Below, piece by piece: positions 17,124-25,581 of a DNA stretch of 64,000 bases. Every line of letters starts with the position of its first letter. The first letter of the stretch is position 1. The position numbers and the translations under genes are program-made. The notes under the pieces are model-generated. The model did no database searches, was not told the origin of the DNA, and saw only the letters and a list, made by a program, of their open reading frames with translations. The DNA is from Clostridiales bacterium (GTDB lineage: Bacteria; Bacillota; Peptococcia; DRI-13; UBA5745). The stretch covers positions 57,360 to 121,359 of the forward strand of contig WRIW01000002.1 of the NCBI GenBank assembly GCA_009782505.1, in the 5' to 3' direction.

Positions 17124-18231
17124 AAAAGGGCCAAAAATCGTCGTCAGCGGGTACTATGGCTTCGATAACTGCGGCGACGAAGCCTTGCTGCTGGCCATCA
17201 TCCACTGCCTGCGGAAACTCCGGCCCGACGCCAGGATCGTGGTCCTGTCCGGCAATCCGGCGAAAACCGCGGCTGTATACGGCGTCAGAGCGGTGGACCG
17301 GTGGAAACCCTTATCCGTAGCCATGGAGCTGCTGACCTGCCGGCTGCTGATCAGCGGCGGCGGTTCCCTGATCCAGGATGTGACGAGCGCCAGGAGCCCG
17401 AAGTACTATCTGGCGGTGATCCTGTCCGCCGCGCTCATGGGCAAAAAAGTCATGCTGTACGGGCAGGGCGTGGGGCCCCTCGCTGATCCGGGCAACCGGA
17501 AGTGGGCGGCAAGGATACTGAAGCGCTGCCATGAGATCGCCGTGCGGGACGCCAGGTCGGCGGAACTGCTAAAAGAGCTGGGCGTGGAGCGGGACATACA
17601 AGTGGCTTGCGACCCGGTGATGGCGCTGAGCTATGAGGACGTAAACCGGGAAGAGATACGAAAAGAGCTCCAGGAAATGAATATATTGGATGACAGCGGC
17701 AGGAAACGCAAACCGCTGCTCCTGGTGGCTATGAGAAGCTGGAAAGACAACAGGCACATGGCGCCGGTGGCGGAGCTGCTGGACGCCCAGGCCCGCATGG
17801 GCTGGGATGTGCTCCTTGTGCCGGCTTTTTTCCCCGCCGACATGGAGGCTGTAAATGAAATCGGCAATCGCATGACGGAGCGGTTGTACTGCCTGGGCCA
17901 GTGCCTGAGCGCCGGGCAGTTTCTCGCCTTGACCGCTTACGCCGACCGGGTGTTTTCCATGCGCCTCCACGGATTGATCTCCGCCATGGCCATGGGGGCG
18001 CCTATGCTGGGCCTTTCCTATGACCCCAAGGTCGACGCGTTTATGGAGCAAGCCGGCTTGGAAAGGTACTGCCTGTCCTATGAGGATTTTGACTGGGAGA
18101 CTGCGGTGTACCTGATGGAGGAGATGGAAGCCTCCCCGCTGGAATCCAGGCAGGAGCAGGAGCGGCGCCGCCTGGAGATGCAGGGACAAGCCTGGGATAT
18201 GGCGGAGCGCGCCGTAGGGCTGCTTTCGTGA
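17101..18231 (+). CDS. csaB: Polysaccharide pyruvyl transferase CsaB
   Basis: Conserved N-terminus IVVSGYYGFDNCGDEALL and the PS_pyruv_trans pattern. Start placed at GTG 17101 after GAAGAGGAAGGGG; the track ORF begins at 17050. Confidence 0.8.
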   Translation: MARVAFRRKGPKIVVSGYYGFDNCGDEALLLAIIHCLRKLRPDARIVVLSGNPAKTAAVYGVRAVDRWKPLSVAMELLTCRLLISGGGSLIQDVTSARSPKYYLAVILSAALMGKKVMLYGQGVGPLADPGNRKWAARILKRCHEIAVRDARSAELLKELGVERDIQVACDPVMALSYEDVNREEIRKELQEMNILDDSGRKRKPLLLVAMRSWKDNRHMAPVAELLDAQARMGWDVLLVPAFFPADMEAVNEIGNRMTERLYCLGQCLSAGQFLALTAYADRVFSMRLHGLISAMAMGAPMLGLSYDPKVDAFMEQAGLERYCLSYEDFDWETAVYLMEEMEASPLESRQEQERRRLEMQGQAWDMAERAVGLLS

Positions 18232-18310
18232 TCCACCGCTTTTCGATAGATATTGAGCACCGGACGCCAGGAGCCGCGCTCTTGCGCTGAAGGACACAAA
18301 GGATAGGGAT

Positions 18311-19861
18311 ATGCCAAAAAACTTTGCCGGCGCCGCCCTGGTGCTGATGATCATGAATACCCTCGCCCGGCTGCTGGGCTTCGTCCGGGAGACCGCCATG
18401 GCGGCTGTATTTGGCGCGGGCCGGTATACCGACGCCTATCAGGTGGCGTATACTATACCTTACTTCCTGCAAATGGTGCTTGGAGTGGCCCTGGTCTCCT
18501 CCATCGTGCCCGTCGTGGTGGGCTGCGTCGAAGAAGGCAGGGAGGAAGAAGGCCGGCGGGCCGCCTCCGTCACGATGAACCTGACTTTTCTGCTGATGGC
18601 GTGCCTTACGGTGCTGGGCGTAGCCGGCGCCGACCTGCTGATCCGCCTGACCGCCCCCGGCTTCGGCCCGGAGACCCGTATGCTCTCCGCCCGGATGACG
18701 GCGGTGATGTTCCCCTCGGTGATATTCATGAGCGTAGCCATGCTGGTCACCGGCGTACTCAACGCTTACCGCCGTTTCGCGGTAGCCGCCTTCGCCCCGG
18801 CGCTGTCGAGCCTGGTCATCGTAGCGGGCATACTGCTCTTTGGCGCGCGCTATACTTATGCCCTCCCCGCCGCCACCCTGGCCAGCTTTGTCTGCATGCT
18901 TCTTGTGCAGCTCCCCGCCCTCAGGCGTATAGGCTTTCGCCATACCTTTTCTTTCGACTTCCGAAACCCCCTGGTCAAAGGCGTCTTCGCCAATCTGGGC
19001 GCGGTCTTTCTCGGCACGGCGACCTATCAGATATACCTCGCCGTCAACCGCTTCTTCGCCTCCAGCCTGCCCGAGGGCAGCATATCCGCCCTGAACTACG
19101 CCGGGAAGCTGATGAACCTTCCCCTGGGCGTCTTTGTGACGGCGGTGTCGGTCAGCATCTTCCCCCTGCTTTCGGCTCAAGCCCTGGAGGAGGGCAAGGC
19201 GGAGATGTGGGCTACGGCATGCCGGGGGCTGAAGCTGGTGCTGCTGATCACCCTGCCGGCGGCGGCGGGCCTCATGGCCCTTGGGCAGCCCATCGTCAGG
19301 CTGCTCTTCCAGCGGGGGGCTTTCACCGCCGAAGACACAATCATGACCGCCCGGGCCCTATTCTGGTTCGGCCCCGGCATGGGCGCCATGGCGGCTACTC
19401 AGGTGCTGGTACGGGCGTTCTACGCTCTCAGGGATACGAAGACGCCCCTGTATGCCGGCCTGGCATCCATCGCGGTGAATATCGCCGCCAGCATGCTGCT
19501 GACAGGGAGCATGGGGCAGGGCGGGCTGGCCCTGGCAAACAGCTTAGCGAGCCTGTGTTACGCTTTGGGTATGTATGTCATCCTGCTGCGGCGCCTGCCC
19601 GGGGCGGATCGCAGGGTTCTGCCGGTCACCCTGGCGAAGGCGCTCGCCGGGTCGGCGGCGACGGCGGGGGCTGCCATACTGGTCTACGGGCCGACAGCCC
19701 GGGCTTTGTCCGGCGCGGGAAGCGTTGGCCAACTCGCCGCCGTGGGCGGGGCGATTTGCGCCGGCATTTTCAGTTTCGTAGTTGTAATCTTTTTGTTAAA
19801 AGAAAACGAAATTTTCCTGTTTGGCAAACAACTGGTAAGCCGGAAGGGAAAAAACAGCTGA
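18311..19861 (+). CDS. murJ: Lipid II / polysaccharide flippase MurJ (MviN) family
   Basis: 516 aa with 14-TM MOP superfamily features (GFVRETAMAAVFGAG..TDAY). Confidence 0.85.
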   Translation: MPKNFAGAALVLMIMNTLARLLGFVRETAMAAVFGAGRYTDAYQVAYTIPYFLQMVLGVALVSSIVPVVVGCVEEGREEEGRRAASVTMNLTFLLMACLTVLGVAGADLLIRLTAPGFGPETRMLSARMTAVMFPSVIFMSVAMLVTGVLNAYRRFAVAAFAPALSSLVIVAGILLFGARYTYALPAATLASFVCMLLVQLPALRRIGFRHTFSFDFRNPLVKGVFANLGAVFLGTATYQIYLAVNRFFASSLPEGSISALNYAGKLMNLPLGVFVTAVSVSIFPLLSAQALEEGKAEMWATACRGLKLVLLITLPAAAGLMALGQPIVRLLFQRGAFTAEDTIMTARALFWFGPGMGAMAATQVLVRAFYALRDTKTPLYAGLASIAVNIAASMLLTGSMGQGGLALANSLASLCYALGMYVILLRRLPGADRRVLPVTLAKALAGSAATAGAAILVYGPTARALSGAGSVGQLAAVGGAICAGIFSFVVVIFLLKENEIFLFGKQLVSRKGKNS

Positions 19862-20048
19862 AAAGCGTTGACGGATAAGGGTTTCCGCACAGCTTACGCG
19901 ACATGGGCGAAAATGGGAATTACGTTCCGCCGACCCGGAAAGCTTAGGCTGAAAGTTTGTTTTTTCAATCTATTGCTGCTATAATGATAACAAATTACAG
20001 ACGCGTTATGTTTGGTTTGACCGCATCATATGGGAGGCTGTTTTCCCC

Positions 20049-21119
20049 ATGAGTTTATTTTTACCTTTGGCAATGGCTATCGCCCTTACGCTGATTCTGT
20101 CGCCCCTCGTCCGGCTGCTGGCGATGAAGTCGGGGGTTGTGGATTTGCCTGACTACAGAAAGATACACACGGAAGCGATGCCTCTCCTTGGGGGGCTGGC
20201 CATCTATATCGGGTTTTGGGCCACTGTGTTGTGCACCCAGGCCGTGACGAAAGAGATACTCGCCTTTGGCGCAGGGAGCTTGCTGATCCTTATATCCGGC
20301 GTCTGGGATGACGCCAGGGGCCTCCGCCCGGCGGCTAAGCTGGCGTTTCAGCTGGCGGCGGCTTTTATCGTCGTGTTATACGGCGGTATACGCATTGACT
20401 TTGTGACCAGCCTCTACGGCGCGAACCCCATATCCCTGGGCTGGATGGCCTTTCCTCTGACCATAGGCTGGGTCGTGGGCCTGACCAACGCCATCAATCT
20501 GATGGACGGCCTGGACGGGTTGGCCGCCGGCGTCTCCGGCATAGCCGCCGTGACTATAGGCGTCGTGTCCCTGATGGAAGGTTTCTTCTCCGTGGGCGTC
20601 CTCGCCCTCATCCTGGGCTTATGTTCCCTGGCGTTTCTGCGCATCAACTTCCACCCGGCTAAGCTATTTATGGGGGACACGGGGGCATTGTTCCTGGGCT
20701 TCTCCCTGGCGGTACTGTCCATGATGGGCATGACCAAGATGGCTACCACAGTGTCCGTGTTTCTGCCCATACTGGTTCTGGGCGTACCGATATTCGACAC
20801 CCTTCTGGCTATCGTCCGCCGGCTGGTCAATAAGACGCCTATCTTCTCGCCGGACAAAGATCATCTGCACCACAGGCTGCTGGCTATGGGCCTGTCCCAC
20901 AAAAATGCCGTGTTAGCCGTCTATGGCGTAAGCGTATTCCTGAGCTTATCCGCCATAGGCATATCTTTGCTGCCTACCGGGCAGGCGATGATGGCTTTAT
21001 TCCTGGTCGCGCTGGCCGTGTTTTTTGGCGCCGACAGGCTCGGTGTCATCGGCCGCAAGTTCAGGGAAAACAGGGCGGAAGGCGAAAAGGCGTCCATCCA
21101 TAGAAAAAGCGAGGGTTGA
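20049..21119 (+). CDS. Glycosyltransferase family 4: undecaprenyl-phosphate HexNAc-1-phosphate transferase (TagO/WecA-like)
   Basis: 356 aa of the MraY/WecA family (NAINLMDGLDGLAAG ... MGDTGALFLGF). Confidence 0.8.
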   Translation: MSLFLPLAMAIALTLILSPLVRLLAMKSGVVDLPDYRKIHTEAMPLLGGLAIYIGFWATVLCTQAVTKEILAFGAGSLLILISGVWDDARGLRPAAKLAFQLAAAFIVVLYGGIRIDFVTSLYGANPISLGWMAFPLTIGWVVGLTNAINLMDGLDGLAAGVSGIAAVTIGVVSLMEGFFSVGVLALILGLCSLAFLRINFHPAKLFMGDTGALFLGFSLAVLSMMGMTKMATTVSVFLPILVLGVPIFDTLLAIVRRLVNKTPIFSPDKDHLHHRLLAMGLSHKNAVLAVYGVSVFLSLSAIGISLLPTGQAMMALFLVALAVFFGADRLGVIGRKFRENRAEGEKASIHRKSEG

Positions 21120-21121
21120 GT

Positions 21122-21700
21122 ATGAAGAGAATCGACTGGAAAGTATTTCTGCTTTTGGGGATAATCATATCGGTGGCTGTGGGCTTTCTGTACGGCACCG
21201 GCATCCTGGGCGGTTCTTCGCCAAGTGCCGGATCCAGGGAAGACCCTTTGGCTTCCGCGAGTTACGCCGACAGCGCCATCAACCAGAAGGTGCAGGAGAT
21301 GGATACCCGGATCAGGACCCTTGAGGCAAGGATACAAAGCCTTGAGAGCGAGCTTTCCGTATTTACCGGCGAGCCCATTGGCCAGGAGCCCGCAGACGGA
21401 TCCGGGGCTTCGGGCAGCGGCGGCGCAAGCACGCCGCCGGCAGGCTCAGGCTCAGGCTCGGGGGGCGGGGGCAGCGCCGAAAGCGGTTCGGCTTCCCAGG
21501 CAAATATTGGGAAGACCGCCAGCGTCAAATCCGACGTGGTCAATCTACGGGAATCTGCTTCCACATCTTCAAATATTTTGAAAAAACTGACTCCTACCGA
21601 TACATTTACCATAACCAAAGCGGATAAAGATTGGTATCAGGTGCAGCTGGGGGACGGCACGGTCGGATGGGTATTTTGGAATCTGGTCGTAGTCCGGTAG
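21122..21700 (+). CDS. Membrane-anchored SH3b domain protein
   Basis: ATG 21122 after GAGGG. It has an N-terminal TM helix, a coiled coil, a Gly/Ser-rich linker and a C-terminal SH3b pattern (VNLRESASTSSNILKKL..DWYQVQLGDGTVGWV). Confidence 0.65.
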   Translation: MKRIDWKVFLLLGIIISVAVGFLYGTGILGGSSPSAGSREDPLASASYADSAINQKVQEMDTRIRTLEARIQSLESELSVFTGEPIGQEPADGSGASGSGGASTPPAGSGSGSGGGGSAESGSASQANIGKTASVKSDVVNLRESASTSSNILKKLTPTDTFTITKADKDWYQVQLGDGTVGWVFWNLVVVR

Positions 21701-21757
21701 GCTGCGGCAGCGGCGAAAGCCGGCAGCCGGGCCGCGAAAAGCGAATAGAGATGAAAA

Positions 21758-21799
21758 GGCCTCCCGACGCTGTCTTCAGCGTCCCCCGAGGCCTTTTTT
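21758..21799 (+). terminator. Rho-independent terminator after the envelope gene cluster
   Basis: GGCCTCCCGACGCTG-loop-CAGCGTCCCCCGAGGCC followed by TTTTTT. Confidence 0.75.
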
Positions 21800-21990
21800 C
21801 GACCTGGTACTCCGTAACACCCAAAAGTTGCATTCTTTGCGGCCTTTTTCACTCGATACTGCGTTACTCCTCGGTCAAATACCACAGCGGGTATTATCCC
21901 TCATCGTGCCTTGTCTCGCGAGAAAAACTCTCGCAAATAATTGACAACTTTTAGGTGTTACGAAGTACTAATGTATTTAATGGGAAAGGG

Positions 21991-23877
21991 ATGGGCATGA
22001 AAAGACGCAAACCGGATATTCCTCTGATCCTGGTGGCTGTCTTTCTGGTTTTACTGACGGCCTTCGTCTATGTAGGGACGTACTTCTCCGTCTTTGGCTT
22101 CCTGGCGCAGCGGATACAGCATCTACCCGCCGTGCTTATGGCTTTACTGATGGCGTTTATTTTTACTTCGACCTGCATCGTCCTGATGCTGGAGCGCAGG
22201 GACCCGGGCCGCACGCTGCTCTGGCTCCTGATACTGCTTGCGTTCCCTGTGGTTGGATTTATCATCTATATGGTTTTTGGTCAGGGGCTGATACGCAGGC
22301 AGCGGGTGATACGGCGGCTGCGCGGGATACAAGGGCAGACGGATTTGCCGGGCATGTCCTTGCTGCCGAATGAGGATCATCCCCTCGCCCCGTCGGCCAA
22401 AAGCGGATCATTCCCGGTGGACGCGGTTCAGATGCAGATGAGCAGGCTTGTCTATAACAGCAGCGGCGCGCTGCTGACCTGGCCTAACTGGGTCGATGTG
22501 CTGAATGACGGCGCCGCCATATTCCCCGCTATGCTGGCCGCTATATCCGGCGCGGGTCATCACATCCATATGCAAAGCTACATCTTCCGGGACGACGATA
22601 TCGGCAAGGCTTTCTTCGCTAAGCTCGCAGAGAAAGCCGCCGTCGGCGTCCAGGTGAGGATCATCGTCGATGGCGTAGGTTCGCTGGGCTTGAGCCGCGC
22701 CCGGATGGAAGAGCTGGGGGCCCTTGGCATAGAGATCAAGGTGCATTTCCCTATACGGTTTTCTTTGTTCCGCAATCGGCTGAACTACCGCAACCACCGC
22801 AAGATACTTGTCGTAGACGGCAGGGTCGGCTTCGTGGGCGGGGCTAATGTCGGGAATGATTATCTGGGTCTGTATCCGGATATAGGCAACTGGCGGGATA
22901 CCCAGATCATGATCCACGGCCCTGCGGCAGCCGAGCTTCAGCGACTGTTTTTCCAGGACTGGATCACGGTGTCCGGGGAGCTCCCGGGAGATAACCCCGG
23001 CAGGTTTTTCCCCGGATTCGCTACGGACAATGAGTGGACTTCCGATACCGCCCTCCCGGCGCTTCCTTATTCGGCTGAGACGATAAGGCGGGTCATATCC
23101 GACGTGGGCGCGCGTTATACGGAGGCAGCCGCCCCGGGCGCGGGCGGCGTAGCTTCAGCCGCAGCTATCGCGGGCGCTGCCGGCGTTGCCCCGGGCGCGG
23201 TCGGCGTTGCTTCAGCCGCAGCTATCGTAGGCGCGGGCGGCGCAACTTCAGCCGCAGCTATCGCGGGCGCTGCCGGCTCCGCGGCTCGTCCCGGCGAGAT
23301 CGCCACCCCGAGCCTCGCCCCCGTATATGACAAAGCCGTCCAAATCGCCTCAAGCGGCCCAGACAGTCATTACGCCTCGATCATGCACGCATACCTCTTC
23401 GCCATATCTCAAGCGAAGGAGACCATCAACATCACTTCGCCGTATTTCATCCCCAATCAAAGCATACTAAACGCGCTGAAGACCGCTTCCCTGGCCGGCG
23501 TAGAAATCAACTTGCTGGTACCCAGGAATCCGGATAAGCAGATGGTCTATATGGCGGCGATGACGTATATCGAGGAGCTAATGGACGACGGCGTGAAAGT
23601 ATGGCTCTACGGCAAAGGTTTTCTCCACTCGAAGATCGTAACCGTGGACGACGCCATAGCCGTCGTCGGCACGGCAAATATGGATGAGCGCAGCTTCACG
23701 TTGAATTTCGAGGTCAGCGCCCTGATCTATGACAAAGATACAGTCGAGGAGCTGAACGCCGCTTTCCACAAGGATTTGGATGATTCGGCTTTGCTGGATA
23801 TAGCGGAATTCCGAAAGCGCCCCCTGCTCCGGCGGATACTGGAAGCCGGCTGCCGCCTGCTTTCCCCGCTGCTATAG
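21991..23877 (+). CDS. cls: Cardiolipin synthase with an Ala/Gly-rich insertion between the two PLD domains
   Basis: Two HKD motifs (HRKILVVDGRVGFVGGANV; HSKIVTVDDAIAVVGTANMD) and N-terminal TM helices. The start is probably ATG 21991 or 21997; the track ORF starts at GTG 21955. Confidence 0.85.
   Translation: MGMKRRKPDIPLILVAVFLVLLTAFVYVGTYFSVFGFLAQRIQHLPAVLMALLMAFIFTSTCIVLMLERRDPGRTLLWLLILLAFPVVGFIIYMVFGQGLIRRQRVIRRLRGIQGQTDLPGMSLLPNEDHPLAPSAKSGSFPVDAVQMQMSRLVYNSSGALLTWPNWVDVLNDGAAIFPAMLAAISGAGHHIHMQSYIFRDDDIGKAFFAKLAEKAAVGVQVRIIVDGVGSLGLSRARMEELGALGIEIKVHFPIRFSLFRNRLNYRNHRKILVVDGRVGFVGGANVGNDYLGLYPDIGNWRDTQIMIHGPAAAELQRLFFQDWITVSGELPGDNPGRFFPGFATDNEWTSDTALPALPYSAETIRRVISDVGARYTEAAAPGAGGVASAAAIAGAAGVAPGAVGVASAAAIVGAGGATSAAAIAGAAGSAARPGEIATPSLAPVYDKAVQIASSGPDSHYASIMHAYLFAISQAKETINITSPYFIPNQSILNALKTASLAGVEINLLVPRNPDKQMVYMAAMTYIEELMDDGVKVWLYGKGFLHSKIVTVDDAIAVVGTANMDERSFTLNFEVSALIYDKDTVEELNAAFHKDLDDSALLDIAEFRKRPLLRRILEAGCRLLSPLL
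23130..23300 (+). repeat. Imperfect in-frame tandem repeats inside cls
   Basis: CTTCAGCCGCAGCTATCG occurs at 23153, 23210 and 23246 (spacings 57 and 36 nt). It encodes (V/T)SAAAI(A/V)GA(A/G)G units. Confidence 0.8.
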
Positions 23878-23908
23878 GCAGATAACGATCCGGCAGGTTT
23901 TACGTCGG

Positions 23909-24201
23909 GCTAGAAGCGGGAAGTTTAGGGCGTGGCTATCTGCCGCGATGATTCACAACTTCGGCCAGATATAGCAATCGTTCAATGCAAAACCTAACGC
24001 CTTCAACGCGACGAACGTTACGCGCCCTTGTGCGTTTCGGTTAGCGGACTGGAGGTTCGTAGAACCTGTGTCGCGATTCCGTCTGGCGCGACGTCGTGTC
24101 GCGCCTACGGTTTTGCCAGGTATGCGATTGCTTATCCGGCAGGCGAAGCTGCTCAATCCATCGCGGCAGATAACCGCGCCCTAAGCTCTCTGCCCCTAGC
24201 C
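23909..24201. repeat. ~290-bp imperfect palindromic element (ERIC/MITE-like) in the cls / efflux-operon intergenic region
   Basis: Arms TTAGGGCGTGGCTATCTGCCGCGATG (23926-23951) and CATCGCGGCAGATAACCGCGCCCTAA (24159-24184) are reverse complements with 2 mismatches. By my hand alignment, the pairing continues imperfectly inward to the apex AGGTTC-GTA-GAACCT (24052-24066) and outward to GGGCTA/TAGCCC. Confidence 0.7.
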
Positions 24202-24238
24202 CAATATTAAAAAATCTCGTCCGCCGCCAGGTTTTCCT

Positions 24239-24267
24239 TTGACATCGGCTCCCGGAAAGAGTATGAT
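24239..24267 (+). promoter_or_regulatory. Sigma-70-type promoter of the RND efflux operon
   Basis: TTGACA (24239-24244), 17-nt spacer, TATGAT (24262-24267). Confidence 0.6.
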
Positions 24268-24276
24268 ACTCGTATT

Positions 24277-24288
24277 GACCGAACGGTC
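24277..24288 (+). promoter_or_regulatory. Palindromic candidate TetR operator
   Basis: GACCG-AA-CGGTC lies at the predicted transcription start, followed by CGGT repeats. The TetR gene is the last gene of the operon. Confidence 0.4.
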
Positions 24289-24318
24289 GGTCGGCTACTT
24301 CTCGATAAAGGAGCTTTG

Positions 24319-25581
24319 ATGAACATGCCCTACGCAACGAAAGCGCCCAACCCGCCGGTATCCGCGGAGTATTCCCCGGGCAATAAAAAGTATTTACGCC
24401 GCCTCATAGCTGCTGCCGCGTCTTGTATACTGGCGCTTAGCCTCGCCGGCTGCGCCGCCGTGGACTGGATCAACCAAAACAACAACGCGGTGACCTACGA
24501 CGACACGCGGGAGCAAGCGCCCCTGCCGGTAGCCGTCAGCCCCGCGACACGGGAGGATATGTCCAGGGCCCTTACCTTGGGCGGGCTGCTGAAACCTATG
24601 GAAGAAGTGGCTTTGATGGGGGGCGGCGCCGGCAGCAGGGTGCTGGAGGTGGCGGTAAGCGTGGGGGACTATGTGGAGAAGGGGCAGGTGATCCTGACCC
24701 AGGACATGCGCGACCTGCAGATACAGGAGCAAAACCTCCGCATCAGTAAAGGACAACTGCAGGAGAGCCTGGATATCCAGAAGCAGAATCTGGACTTAAG
24801 CAGGACCCAGCTTCAGGAGAGCTATGACAAAAGCCGGGCATTGTATGAAGTGGGCGCTGCCGCGGAAAGCCAGCTGACCGCGCTGGAAAACCAGATCCAG
24901 CAGTTGGACCTCCAGGCGGAAGGGCAGCTCACCGCTTTGGAAAACCAAATCAAGCAAATCGACCTTCAGCTGGAGACCCTGAGGATCAACCGGGATAAAA
25001 TGGCGGTGACATCCACTATAAACGGCGTCATAAGCGCCCTGCCTGTGGTGGAGGGGCAGATGGCCGCGGCATCCACGATGGTCGCCATGGTGGTCAATAT
25101 CGACAAGCTCCTGCTGGATGTGCAGGTAGGCGAATCCTATATCATGGGCGTACGTAAGGGGGACGAGATGGAGATACTCATCCCCTCCTTCGGTGAGCGT
25201 ACGGTGAAAGGCCGGGTAAGGAGCATCCCACCCAACATCAACCCCCAGACCAGGGCATACACAGTGACCCTGGAGGTGGACAATCCGGAGCGGCTCATCA
25301 AGGGCGGCATGTACGGGGAAACCAAGCTGGTCGTGGACAGGGTAGAAAACGTGCTGGTCATCCCCCAGTACGCAGTACTGAAGCTGGACGACGGCCTCGT
25401 TGTATTTGTGGAAGAAAACGGGATAGCCGTAAAGAAACCGGTCTCCCTTGGCCTGACCCTGGGCAATCAGGCACAGGTGCTTGAGGGCTTGAACGAAGGG
25501 GATAAAGTCATCGTCGAGGGGCAGTACGCGGTGACGGAAGGCCGGGAAGTCAGCGTGGTGGGCAGAGGTGCGGATCAGTGA
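24319..25581 (+). CDS. Efflux RND transporter periplasmic adaptor (MFP/HlyD family) lipoprotein
   Basis: ATG 24319 after AAGGAG. Lipobox LSLAGC, a long coiled-coil hairpin (LTALENQI repeated) and beta-barrel domains. Confidence 0.85.
   Translation: MNMPYATKAPNPPVSAEYSPGNKKYLRRLIAAAASCILALSLAGCAAVDWINQNNNAVTYDDTREQAPLPVAVSPATREDMSRALTLGGLLKPMEEVALMGGGAGSRVLEVAVSVGDYVEKGQVILTQDMRDLQIQEQNLRISKGQLQESLDIQKQNLDLSRTQLQESYDKSRALYEVGAAAESQLTALENQIQQLDLQAEGQLTALENQIKQIDLQLETLRINRDKMAVTSTINGVISALPVVEGQMAAASTMVAMVVNIDKLLLDVQVGESYIMGVRKGDEMEILIPSFGERTVKGRVRSIPPNINPQTRAYTVTLEVDNPERLIKGGMYGETKLVVDRVENVLVIPQYAVLKLDDGLVVFVEENGIAVKKPVSLGLTLGNQAQVLEGLNEGDKVIVEGQYAVTEGREVSVVGRGADQ

Noticed and set aside
23953-24337. 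Track ORFs 23953..24156, 24028..24210 and 24041..24337.
   Set aside because: They lie inside the long imperfect palindrome and overlap each other on both strands, and they have no SD. Symmetric ORFs are an expected artefact of an inverted repeat.
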